Below are positions 14,024 through 28,200 of a stretch of 52,277 bases of DNA, piece after piece. Source of the stretch: Girardia tigrina (lineage: Eukaryota). A program made the translations under genes and the position numbers. The stretch covers positions 1-52,277 of the forward strand of contig MQRK01246661.1 in the NCBI GenBank assembly GCA_001938485.1, given 5' to 3'. Each line of letters starts with the position of its first letter. Position 1 is the first letter of the stretch. Below the pieces are notes generated by a model that was given only the letters and a program-made list of their open reading frames with translations, was not told the DNA's origin and did not search any database.

Positions 14024-17000
14024 GTCAAATTCGTGTATTCGGCCACAGTTTGTTGAAAAAGTGTAATTGCCGAATTCATTAACTATATGAAAACTTTACA
14101 TTTTAAAATGAAAATTTCTCAATTAAAAGTGAAAGATTATGTATTTCATATGAAAAATTCCGTATTTAATATACAAAATTATCTTTTTATTACGGTAAAA
14201 ATTTATCAATTAAAAATTCTCTATTTAATATCTTTTCAAAATAAGTTGATATTATTTTTGGAGAACAAACCTTCCATTTTTTGTTTTCTAAAAATATTTT
14301 CTCTTTTGCAATATCAGCTCGATTTAAAGTAAGAGTTATTTCCAGTTGTTCTAAATTCAGTTGATTTTTGTTAAGATCCGATCCAGCTGAAAAGAGAAAA
14401 ATGATTACTTTTTTTAATTTTATTTACCTTGTTTAAATTTACTTTAAATATAAAAAAAACTTTAAATTTGCACACTAGGTTGTTATAAATGTTGTCATTT
14501 AATATCAAAACATATATACAGAAAAAATATTTACAAATCATACCGGTCTAATCAGTTATATGTCCTTCGGACATCTATAACTCATCTTAGATTGTTCTTC
14601 AGTCTATTTTAAAGTTCATCAAATTTCATTTATCACATTAGGGACTTGACAAATGGGGTGATTTCTTCAGAAGAATGACAGAAAATGTTACAAATTTGAT
14701 GTGATGAAAGAACATCGATTTCATAAACGAGGTGAGTATGAACTCTATATGAAAAGATGCATGTCATAAATATCAAAAAAATTTTCTCCAATAACGGCTC
14801 AATTTGTTATCAAGCTGAATCTTCAGTTACGAAAAGTCACTAGATTGTTATGTTATCTCCCTAATACATTGCTGGAGCTATGCAGAATTTCAGCATAACC
14901 AGGGTTTGAGGGTACCTTGATAGGTAGACATGGCATTTGAATTTTTTTATGAAATTTTCTTATGCTATAGAAATTATTATTCATGAAAGTTTCAATTTCT
15001 ATCTTTTATTTCGGTAATCACAGTAAGAATTTCCCGTGACTTAACCACAAAATTTCTATACAAAAAACTACCATATTTAGACTTGAGTTCACTAAGACAT
15101 TGTTAAAATCAACGATGGCTCAATGAATTGTTTTTAATCTAATAGATAACCTTGATAACAGCTTTTATCACATATAATATGTTCAAAACTTGTTCATAAA
15201 GATTTGCTAAAGGAAAAACAATGCCAAACAAATATTTTAAAATCATTCAAAGCTTTTACATGATAAAAAATTAATCTAACAATACCCATACTTTTCCAAA
15301 TATTGAAGACTTAATCTGTTGCGATACATATAAAGTTTTCAAATCTATCTGATGACTTTGAACGTAATTTATAAAATTTTTCTTCATATCTCTTCAAATA
15401 GTAATACTTTAAAAACTCAAAAGTTCATTTAGTTCTTCAGTAATATTCATTTGATGGTCGATATCTTTAATAAAAAGTACAAGTTTAGCAGTATCAATAT
15501 TATCTGACGTTTCGTCTACAGAAAGTGAAAAATAAAAATATATATATTTTACTTGTGTTTTAGAGATGCATAAATCTCATTCGAAATGTTACAGAACCTT
15601 CTATTTATCGTTTGAGGCAACAGACTATTTCAAGAAACATATTGGGAATTCACAAGTGAAAAGAATGTTGTACTGTAAGATTATCTAGATCATAACCTAA
15701 ATTACTGGATATTATATATCAATATAGGTTAGCTTTATTCCTTTTTATTTTTTTGGTATATTTATAAATACAAAAAAATAAAAGTCAATCGTTAACAAAA
15801 ACGTTATAATTGTCAAAACAGGGATACCAATAAAATTAACAAAGGCTAAACAAATTACTACACTTTGTAAATATATTTCTTTTTAATATTTACCGACAAT
15901 AATATCAGTAACAAAGTAAGTACCGCTTGCAATAAAATTGAAATCAAATAAGTGCGGTTTAGGACTTTGTTTTTGATAAAACTTTGTAAGAGATAATAAA
16001 TATTTCTTCTGCAGCAGGTAAGTTAATAATGATTTTTTTCTGATCGATTAAATTATTAATTCAATTTGAATTTAAATTGTCTATGGTAATTTAATAATAT
16101 GATTAATAATTTAATTTATGGAAAATAATAAAGGGGGAAAACATATAACCCAAAATCCTTCGCGTTTCCCTATCTTCTTCAATATTCTCTCTTCTTTCAA
16201 CCATTTCTCCTATCTCTTGTGAACAAAAAATAGAAATAAATAATAAAAAGAAAAATCACAAAAAAACATCATTTGACCTGAATATCACAATACGAAAATA
16301 TCACACGACTCTCAAACAATTACCCACGGCACAAACAGGAACACATCTCATTCCACAAGCCACGTACACAAGCACCTGAATCAACTCACTAAAAAAACTC
16401 GCTGCACATATTCAGATAAATCACACACACGGATCCAATCGAGAGAATCACACAAGGTGAAAGAAAGACAAAAAGGTGAAACTAATACCCAGCAAACACA
16501 CGATCAACACTCGAAAAGAGGATATTATACAATCAATAGAAAGATTTCTTTTTTTATTTCAATCTTCCATGGCTTTTTGATGACGAGATTCAATGATTGC
16601 TTAATTGTCTTAATGATAATTCATGTCTTTTTATTCAATTGAAGATAGAAAAAAATGTTGTAGCTCAGAGTTGCTAACTATGATCAACTATTTGTTACTT
16701 GATGTTTTCTTGACAGAAAAGGATGAATTTAGAAGATTTCGAAGGTTTTTTAACTATTAAGTTTATCTTAAATATCTTTAAGAAGACCCAAAAGGTGATG
16801 ATTGAAAGAATGAAGAAAACAATATAGTTTTATGGTATCTCCTATCTCGTCTATATTTGTCAAAGTTTCTTGGCTGCTGAAATTTGACTGACCGTAACAA
16901 TCGAGCTGAAAGTTCTTTTTCAATATTCTTATCGAATTCGGAGCCAAAATTATCATGATCGGGCTAGTCGCTGTTGGATTCTATTCATCGTATCTGAACA

Positions 17001-20000
17001 ACTTCGATGTTCAGAAGATCTCCAAGGACAACAATGACGAGTGGTATCCATGGTGGGTGAGATAAAAATAATTTATTCCCCACGACTCAAAGTCCACCCT
17101 TCGACGCCGAGTGTCGCGGCCACGCAAGTGATTCCCCTGCTCTGTTATTAATTGATTTAATTACGCATACCATCAAATAAAATTGGAAGAAGAGTCAAAG
17201 GTTAAGATGATATTCTCAAGAAAGAACAAACATACTGTTTCAAAAGAATGCTTTGGGAATTGCGGCTGCCCAAGTGAATTTTCAGGAGTTAATGGTGAAA
17301 TTTTTGGGAAATTTGAATTTGAAAGAAGTATTTGTATATTTGGATGATATTTTTATTTTTGATAAACATGAAAAAGAATATCTTCAAGGAGTATTTAATG
17401 TATTTCAAAAAAATTAAAGAATCTGGTTCAATAATAAAAATGTAAAGTTCTTGAAGAAAAGACAAGCTTTTTAGGATATTTCATATGTAAAGCAGGTATT
17501 GAAACAGATAAAACAAAGATTAAACAAAAAAAAAGTTAAACAAAAAACTCGTCATACATTAAATTTTTAAGGAGATTTTTTTGACTTGACAAATTACTAC
17601 ATAAAATGTACAGCTTTTCAAAATCAAAAAACAATAATGTCTAAAACCCCGATTTCTAAATATTTTACCAAATATTTTATGCTTTATTCGGACGCAGGTT
17701 TTGATACAATATTAGTAGTGTTAACACTGAAAGACAAACATGGAAGAGAAAGATATAAAATGAATCATTATATGAAAAGCATAAAATGAATAAACATAAA
17801 CTTGGCTATTAAATTACAAGGAAATAACTTCTTGCATTTTGTTATTTTAAACAGAATTTTAAAAAAATTTTGTATAGAAAAATATTTTTGTTATGAACAT
17901 ATCAGGTGTCAATATATACTGGCCATAATAGACCAGTTCAGTAAATATATTAACTTGAATACAGTTGCTAGTAAAGAGGAAAAAATAATATCTTTCTATT
18001 GTACAGATGAATCTGAAAATTTTTACTAACAAAAGAAATTCAAGTAGACAGAGAAAAAATTCAATCGGCTTTGTTCAAAGAAACAGCTAAACAGTCCAAA
18101 ATTGAGATACTCTATTCGAGTTCCTATCATCCATAATACAAATGGAATCGTAGAAAGACAGTTTTGATCTATCAGAAAAGCTTTAAATATTAAAATGAAA
18201 GATAAAGATCATAAAGATATGGCAGATGTTTTATCAGAAATTTAGCTTATGTTGAATAATACTGTACAAGATACGACAGGTGTGTCACTAACCAAAATAG
18301 TATTTGGACGAAAATTTAGACATCGGTGGAAAAAAAATTAAGAAGATGACGAAGAAAACATAGAGACAAGAAGAAAATTTTAAGTAAAAGACGGAGTAAG
18401 GAAGGAAAAATTTTCAAGCGATGATGACTGTTGCATGGGTCTGCAAGAGTGGTGAAATAATCATGAAAAAAAGTTAAGAGTTATAGCTTGAAAATGTCAG
18501 AATTTTTAAAGTCAAATATATCAAAGGAAATGTGAGAAGTGTTTTAATTTTTTATGTTTTTATGTTTGAGTGTCATGTACTGATTTGAATTGTGTCTCTT
18601 ACTCTGATGGCTTCTTATCATAAACTATTTTAATTAAATTTATAGTTTAATATTTATATTTATTTTAAATTTAAAAAGCGTTGTAAAATTTCTAGTGATT
18701 TGAATAATTTATTTTTAATTTTTAAATGAATGAAATATTTTTAAAAATAATTAAAATGAATTTTAATTTTTAATTATGAAATTTACGAGACATTATTTTT
18801 AATATTCAAATGTCATTATGATTCAGATAATTCTAAATTATTATATTATCCTATTAGAGTGATGTTTTTGAGTGACATATTTTATACGGATAATCTTAAG
18901 GATGATCCGAATTGAATTGCTAATAAAATTTATAATCAGTGAGTGCGTTCTCTTAATAAAATCTTAGACCATTTTGAACTTTTTAATGAAATGATTACTA
19001 AAATTGCAGTACAATGTAAAATATTTGTGACAAAAATTAGTTTGAATTTAATGCTAAAAAGATTTGAATAATGTAATTGTTATTTAAATAATTTCAATAG
19101 TAACAAAACAGGAAATTTTCTCATTCATAACCGGAACTTCAAATAATATGTCTCATTCACTGGAAATTATTCATTTAAATTCTACTGTTTACCTGCATTT
19201 TGAAAGTACAATAATTTTTATTTTAAAGCTTAAAATAATACAATTAGTAAAAAATGAATTAATCAACATTAAAAGATATTTCGGTTTTCAATATAAATTA
19301 TTTTGTCTTTGTGACTTACTTTTTAGTCAAGAAAATGGATGGCATTGTCTTCTAAACAGTATGGACAAGACAACTGAGTAAATGTGACTTTTTGTTAAAT
19401 ATTTTATTTAAATTACTTAAAGAATACAAAGCTTGACACAAATTAAAAAATATAATAATATTCCGTATCAGAATATTTTTTTATTATAAATATATTATTG
19501 TTATGGTTATAATTATGGGAATAACATAAATAAAATTAAAGGATTATTATGAATAAATTATCGTATAAGTAATAAAAGCAATATCAGAGATCATGTTCAT
19601 TTTTTTAATTACAATAAAGACGAAATTTGAATTTAGTATTGTCGAAAAAATTTTAAATATAAATTTTTTAAATAAAAATTATTGTACTTCCAATACCGTC
19701 CAGGGATTTCAAAATATCTGAACTAAGAATTTTTAAAAAGTCTTTTCGTTTGATCTTGTNNNNNNNNNNNNNNNNNNNNNNNNNNNNNNNNNNNNNNNNN
19801 NNNNNNNNNCCCGCCGTTTTTTGAAAAATTAAAATTTTATTTTTAACAAAAAAGTTACTAGAAATTAATCACAAATATAATCTCCGCCATTGTTCACGAC
19901 TTCTTCCCAACGTACAACGAGTTTTTCAATGCCTCTTTTGTAGAAATCGCCCGGTCTTGACTCGAAGAATTCAGCCAACGAAACTTGCAGTTCTCCATCA

Positions 20001-23000
20001 TTGTTGAACGAAACACCACGCAAAGCGTTAGAAAGTGAACGAAAAAGATGAAAATCAGATGGAGCAAAGTTAGGTGAATACGGAGGGTGCGGTAATACTT
20101 CCCAACCAAGCGTTTGAATGGCTTCTGTTGTCATTCTGGCAATATGAGGACGTGCATTGTCATGTTGCAAAATAATGCCATGTTGTCGATCCGGATGTTT
20201 TTGTCTTATAGCGGCGTTGAGTCTATGCAGCTGTTGAACATAAAGTTCCGATTTCACTGTTTGGTTTCGAGCAAGCAATTCATAATGAATAATCCCTTCC
20301 CAACCCCACCAAACACATAGCATTGTCTTTCGTGAATGAAGATCCTGTTTTGCTCGCGGAGTCGATTGTACTTCTCGGCTACACCATTCTTTGCGCTGTT
20401 TCATGTTGACGTACAGGCACCATTTTTCATCACCCGTTACAATTCGATAAAGAAATTGTTACTTATGAACGTGAGTAGAGCGATGACGGGCAAGCAAACT
20501 CGCCGAAATTGTGTATCGCTGGTTTTTGTTGTTTTCGGTCAAAAGATGTGGGACCAAAGCTCCCATTTGTTGAACTTTCCCCATTGATTTCAGGACGTTG
20601 ACGACAGTTTTTTGATCACAATCCATTTGTTCCGCCAATTCTCGAGTGGTTTGACGCGCGTCTTCATGCAAAAGTTTGTTCAAACGCTCTTCANNNNNNN
20701 NNNNNNNNNNNNNNNNNNNNNNNNNNNNNNNNNNNNNNNNNNNCTGTTTCATGTTGACGTACAGGCACCATTTTTCATCACCCGTTACAATTCGATAAAG
20801 AAATTGTTACTTATGAACGTGAGTAGAGCGATGACGGGCAAGCAAACTCGCCGAAATTGTGTGTCGCTGGTTTTTGTTGTTTTCGGTCAAAAGATGTGGG
20901 ACCAAAGCTCCCATTTGTTGAACTTTCCCCATTGATTTCAGGACGTTGACGACAGTTTTTTTATCACAATCCATTTGTTCCGCCAATTCTCGAGTGGTTT
21001 GACGCGCGTCTTCATGCAAAAGTTTGTTCAAACGCTCTTCATCGAATCCATTTGGTCGTCCTGAACGAGGTGCATCCTTGAGGTCAAAATTGCCAATTTT
21101 AAATTTTGCGAACCAATCACGAGCGGTTCTATTAGCTATAGCACCTTCTCCGTATACAGCACAAAGCTCTCGGGCAGCGTCTGCGGCTTTGGCGCCTCGA
21201 TTATACGCAAACAATAGATGGTGTTGGAAATGCTTATTTTTGTCGACTTGACACTCCATTTCAATGGTCTAAAAATCGACAAAAATTAATGTGAATAAAA
21301 AAACAAAATACACCATTTTTTAGAGCAAAACAATAGCATTCAAATAACATATATTATTACATCAAAAAATTTGATTTAAATATTAAATTGATTAAAAATT
21401 CAAAAAACGGCGGGAACTTATTCCTCAACCTAATATTAATATTCAACTAAATTATTGTTGCAATGAAATGAAATTTCAGTTACATCTAGGGTTAATAAAT
21501 GTTTATTGTCTTTATTCGATGACCAAAGAGAGCACAATATTGTATTTTTTCAAAAAGATTCAGACGAGGTGGACGATTATGATATTCGACTTCAACTCAT
21601 AATTTACGTTTTGAAAGACCGAGTCATTATCTATCAGATTTTAAACCGAACGATCTGTCTGAGAAACTGTGATCCGTATTTGACACCGATTCTCAGGCAT
21701 TTCTAAATCATAAAAGACAATCCAATTTGCTATAATCTTTATCGTCTTATCGATGAAGTCATTACAGAACTGAATTTTACACAAGGATAGTATGTATTCC
21801 GATCCGACATTAAACATTCTTGAATCGTTTAATCTCACGGATATATTAAAAAAATCAATGATCCAAATAATATCCAGAACGCGTCAGAAATTCAAAAAAA
21901 TTAAAATAAACTAAACAACATAATTGAAAGTTTATAAAAATCAAACAAATAATGATCGATTTTCCGAAGTAATGCAAGTCAATGAACAATATTAAGAAAA
22001 CAAATGTTACTTTTTATATTGTTATTAGTATAACAATTTTGATAGTCCTCTGGACGATCTTTGGCAACACTTTTTTACTTTTGCATCCTAATTGATTAAT
22101 GACTTAAATTTTAATATCTGAGTAAATGGAGATTGAATACTCATTTAAAATATTTACTAAAAATTTTATGGGTTAAAAATTAAAATAAATAATAAATATT
22201 TTAAAAATATTAATTCATTTTATTTATTTAAATTGTAAATAATAGTAATCGACTTATTTAAAATTTTAAAATAATTTTAAAATTAAAAATAAATTTAACC
22301 ATTACACATTTTAAATAACAAGAACAAATATATTAATCAGTCATCTAGGTAGGAGAAACACAATACCCAAATCAACATACAACATTCAAACACAAAACAT
22401 CAAACATTCCAAATATTCCACAAACAATTTTGTTGAAAACTCGGAAATTCAATTAATTAGGAATCCAGTCAGTGAAAACGATAATTCGGAATCGAAGAAG
22501 AAAGTCAACAAAATCAAAAGCATTCGATAATGAAAGTCAAGTAATCGATGAGAATAAATTTCAGGAAAAAATCAATGCAAATTTTGCATCGATTTTAAGT
22601 ACTTTTTGATTGGAGTCAATAGGTTATTATAATTGGTTATTACAATAATAAGTTGTGTAGGAAAGACAATTGATTGATGTGACCTTTAACAGAAATTATT
22701 TTCATGAAACAAATAAAATTTAACAAAAAAAGTTTTAGACAATATCGAATTTGTTATTTAATTTAAATATAAAGATTTGGCGTTTTTAAATTTTGTATAA
22801 TGATAATAACAATTTGAAACTAACTTCAGTTACTTCCGGTTGTTACAAAATCTTTGGGGCTAAAGCGAAAGTTTGTAAGAATCGATTGTTAACAATAACC
22901 GATAGTCACTCGACGGTAACTCGACAAGTCAAAGTTTTTTAATTTAAGCAAAAACCAGTACTTTTAAAAGGGGAGTTTTTAAGAATTATTTGATAAGTTT

Positions 23001-25252
23001 GCAAATTTGTTTATAAATAAAAAAAGTAATGGTGAATTTCTTAAAAAAAATAAAGTTGTACCATCAGAAAACAAAATTTTATTTTACAACATATGTTGGA
23101 TATCAACAGATTTACTGTTAGTCCATCTCTATACATTTATGTTTTTCTTAAAATAAAATTAACCAAGGTAGACTGGTGATAAGAATTAAGAGTAATGTGT
23201 CAAGACATTTCAAATGTGTTGAAAGCAACAAAATCTTGTTGGAAGCAGGAGTGTTGTTTTAAACAAATATGAATTCGTTGCTTCGTTGGTAGAGTTTTTA
23301 CTTGGGATGGTGGTTAAGGCTTTTCCTCTTGTAGATCTTTGGTTGATTCTTCATCATTGTGAAAATTTAACGCTGTAGTTGTCTATAATGCAAGGATGGC
23401 ACTTTTCTCACAAAGTTTACAAGTATTGAGGTCAGTGTCGGTTGTGTTAAGGGTATCCATCATTATTGTTTTCAACAGAGAAAATACCACTCTCAGTCAA
23501 TCAAAGATAACGTTGAAGTCAGCAGAAATTTCTTTGTTAACGCATGGTGGTGATGTTACTGCTGAACTATTTGGTGACTCTTGTACAACACCATCCGCTT
23601 GAAGCAGTTGTTGATTTTTTTCTGTCTTGAAGTTTTCCCATGCATTCTTCAATGACATCAGAGATATCAGAAGATTAGCATCAAGGTCCCCTTCGCGTCA
23701 TGTAAGATCAAAGTTGTGCCATCAAACTTTTCCGACAATGCACCTTAACACTTGTGACAGCTTTCAGATTTTTTACCAGAAAATGAGAATGGCAGTTGTC
23801 TACAATAAATGCTGCCTGACATCCAGCAAAGGCCATTAGCTTGTCTGTTTTATACATCGAATATAGACTTCAAAAATTGTGGCAATCATCATGGCTTTTT
23901 GGTTACTTGTGTGGTCCAAGGGAAAGTCTTGGTTTCAGAAGAATCTTTTATCCTCTGGTTTTTAACAAATTAACAGAGGTAATTTCTCTCCTGTCATGCT
24001 AGTGCCAAAAGATAGGGTTTACTATCCTTGGCACATTTAACTCGATTGCATTTTTCAAATTCTAAAGCAAGAGTGATTGCAAAACAATTACATCAATATT
24101 AATTTTCAATCAAAGATCATTGGTACCAGATATTCTGTATTAACCGGAAGTAGCAAAAATCTATATGAAATAATACACGCAACTGTTTTAAATAACAGAT
24201 AGTTTGTATTAACCGGGTTAGTAATAACCGACTTTTTTCCGATGTAGCGAACCGGTTAAATGTTCTTGCCATGGTAAATATTTGTAATAACCGATAGTTT
24301 GAATTGATCGAATTTGTAATAACTGGAAGTAAAATATATAAATTATTGAATTTGTCTCATTTTCTTATTGTATTATGAAGTAATACCTGTAATAATTTAC
24401 TGTAAAAAATAAATCTAATAACAAAAATTAATTTACGATACAGATTTGAAATTAAATGATAAAAAATTGATTTTTTCTTTGATCTACCTAAACTTGGAGA
24501 TGAATGCTATTCCATTAAATAATCGAGTTTTTAATTAAAAATAGACAAACATTCGATCGTTCATAACAATTTAAGTAAACATTGTAACAAGTTTAGTATA
24601 AATTTTCACAAATAATTTCGCACTGAAATGAAAATTAATTTCATTTAAGATATTAGTCAAAGTTTTTTCTTCAATAATGAAATAAAATTTTTATTACAAG
24701 TAGTTTATGCATAACATTTTATACTAGTTTATATAATTGGTTTTTGTCAAGAGAAATCATTCGCAAAAAATTCCAGGACTTTAATTTAATATATTTAATT
24801 TAGTTTGTTTCTTTTTATCGTTCGTTTCATTACTTTGAGTTCATTTTGACAAAATCGTAAAAAGTAATTAGTTTGCACTACTTTGGAATTGTAAAAAATC
24901 AGGATTTAAATTGCTAAAAATTGTGTAATAATTATTTATAAGTCATAATAAAAAATAATTATTGTAAATATCATGAATTTTTGGTAAGAAAAAAGTGAAG
25001 ATGGTAAATAAATATAAATATAATTTTAATTTTATTTGGCTTTTAGAAATTATCATTCGGTAGAGATGGCTGAACACATAAATATATTTTAATAAATCAC
25101 TAGATGACTTTGTTTATATTAAGGACCATATAATTTAATATATTTTTTATAATTCATATTAAAAGCGAAAAACTGGTTATTCTATTACATCACAAAATTT
25201 CTTTTTTCTTTACATTTCTTAGTTATAATAAAAATTATTAAAATAAAATAAC

Positions 25253-25291
<39 letters not shown>

Positions 25292-28200
25292 CTAGAATTG
25301 GCCTTAGAAGAAGTTGAAGACAAAGACCAATAACGAAACACAAACCCTTTAATCATGTTATGATTATATTTTGGTTCATAAAAACTTTTTGGAGTTTTAT
25401 ACAACTCCGTATCAGCTTTCTATAGATCTCTGTTTCATTACAACAACCCTTCCTTTCAATTAGCAGATCCAGAAAAGTTAATAAACCATTCTTTTCAGTC
25501 TCGACAGTGAGCGAAATATTTTGATGTAAGGAATATAAATATTCCAAAAAAGGAGACATTGTGAGCGTTTTTAGAAAAGATTAGAGAAACATCATCAACA
25601 TAACGCTTATACACTATAGGTTTAGCTAGGGTGGTAAAATCGGTTGGTAGAAACTTATTGATAAAATCCGGAAAAAATCCTGACAGTCATATATTTCGTT
25701 GAATCATCTGTGTAAGATTAAATATGAGATATTTTCTTACAATAATTATGTTAAGAAGGTGTATATTTTTTGGATGACAACAGGTTAAGCTGACAGAAAT
25801 TTTTCTAAATTGCCATTATACATAATTTGAATTTAAAATATTTAATTAAATGACATTGTTCAAATACTAAAACATAATTCTCGTTTTAATTTACGACTTC
25901 TTTCAAAAGTACCTCCTTTTATGACATATATTCACGCTTAATATTAAATTTCTCGAATAAAAATTATTTTTAGATGAAAATTTTTTGGAACTTGGACAGA
26001 TTTTCAAATCTTGCCTAGATGCCCCAGACGAGCATAAAAACCTGGACATGTCCGGGAAAATCCGAACATATGGTCACCCTAAGTTAACTTAATATGAACT
26101 TTAATTTTTTAATATTTAACTGCAGCATTCCATTCTCTCGAAATAAATTTTGCTTTTTAAAGTCCTAACAAATGAAGAACTTTAAAAAACAAGCTTAATA
26201 ATTTTAATTATCAAATGTTATATTTGCTCATGAACTGTAGTAATTTTAAATTTAAGAGTAGACGCTTAAAGTATCATTATCAATTATTTATATTTTATAA
26301 TTTTAAAGTTAGAAAATATACCACTGCTGAGGAGAGAAGAAATAATGTATCCATCCAAGTCCCAATCTTCTTCCATATCGAAAACAGAAACCAAGTGACT
26401 ATAATTTGTTACAACTTCCTTCAGTTGTAAACTTTCTTTTTTAAAATCGGTAATTTCCGGATTGATTTTTTGCAGACATTCTCTAATGATGGTTTCAAGC
26501 CTAAACGAAAATTAAGAGAAGGGATTAAAAATTAAAACATTTTCTGAATAAAAATTTGTTAGTTTGTAAATAACGAGTTCTTTATGAGCCCGATTGACTT
26601 TTATTTATTTATTTACAAATTAATCAATTAATAATAGATCAATTATAATTTGAAGTTACGAAATTTATCATTGTCTGATAACGATATTTTCCTGATTTAA
26701 CACAAAATCACACTAATTTTATAATAAAGTATTGACTTTAATAGCAATTTAATTTATAAAAAACCTTTTGTCTAACACTATTAGATATTTTTATTGTTTT
26801 GTGTATTATTTAGACTGATGACTTCACAATGGTAACAAAAATAGAATTAAATTCTTACAGATTTTAACGTTTACCATATGCGATTATATAATTAATTAAT
26901 TAGCTGATTAATATCTCAGAAACTTGAGCGAGTCTGATATATTATAATCAGTATCATAAGTCTTGCATGTACCGGATTAACCTTTCGGCAAAAGAAGCAA
27001 CTGCATGGGGGTCCGCAATAAAATGATAAATATATTGTACACTGTGTCCAGTAGAAAACCAAACTGTATGTCGTGATGAGACGTTTCCTTTGATTTTTAG
27101 GGATATCAGTGATACAATAGGCACTCAATAATGGGTTTGACAACAACCGGGAAAAAACTCATACGGCTATGGCTACAGTAAACTGCTTAGAGAAGAACAC
27201 ACGTTTGTTCATCAGGCCTTTGAGTCGCCATCGAAAAGTGCCGACCTGAATGTTATGGATTATAGCATCTGGGGAATTCATCTTCAACATTTGCAAGCAT
27301 TATGCAGCGATTTTATGACGGTTGATGAACTTTACTACTCGCATGGCAGAACATCGACATGGAAGTAATTCTCAAAACCATAGCTTCCTGATGTTTAAAA
27401 ACGTCTTCAAAAGTGTTGTAACAATGACGGAAGACATTTTTTGTAAATATATTATGTAAATTTAAATGTTTTGCCTTTATCACATGTTTAATTAAATACA
27501 CTTTGGTTTCACAAAATTCTTAGGTTTTCTAATGATCACTCTGTAGAATTGTGTTACAAATTTAAAAATATTTGCAAGTTAGTAACGACAGTTGACAGAA
27601 AAAACATTTAAAAATTCAAATGATTCATGATCAACATTCAACTGTGAACATGTTACTCGTAATCGTTTATGGTTGACTCAAATTTACTCATTTTGAGAAT
27701 TGTTACTTACTGCCAAAAATAGTGAGATAGTATCATAACCCATTCTGCGCGCGTAAATGATAACGAGAATGGCGCGAATTTTTGAACATAAGAATGTATT
27801 TGACGTTTAAATTCGCAAATTGTAATATGGGTCTGGTACTCTTGTCGGGATCTCGAGGCCCCTAAAGTGTGACTGCCTATAATCCTCAACTCTACTTAAT
27901 CCGGCACTGAATCTTACACAAAATGTTTGTGTCACATATCTGTAGCCAAAATCATTTTAGATATGTACATTTTAAAACAAAAAGTGAATGTCATAATTAT
28001 ATGTAGTAGACAAAGTGGAGCGGAAAATTAAGATTGACCAAAAATTTTACCATTTGGGAAATTAATTAATAATTAAATAAATAGGTAAAGTAAATAATTA
28101 AAATAATAAAAAAAACTTTAAAGATAATGATTATAAGAATTTTCCATATCAAAAATCCAAAGTTGTATAAACGTTTATTTCTATTACACAATTCTATAAT

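Noticed and set aside
13015-14079. Long ORFs in the track
   Set aside because: They consist of N-gap and (AT)n translation.
20396-21040. ~300-bp internal duplication in the mariner
   Set aside because: The copies flank an N gap and differ at about two bases, typical of unmerged contig ends.
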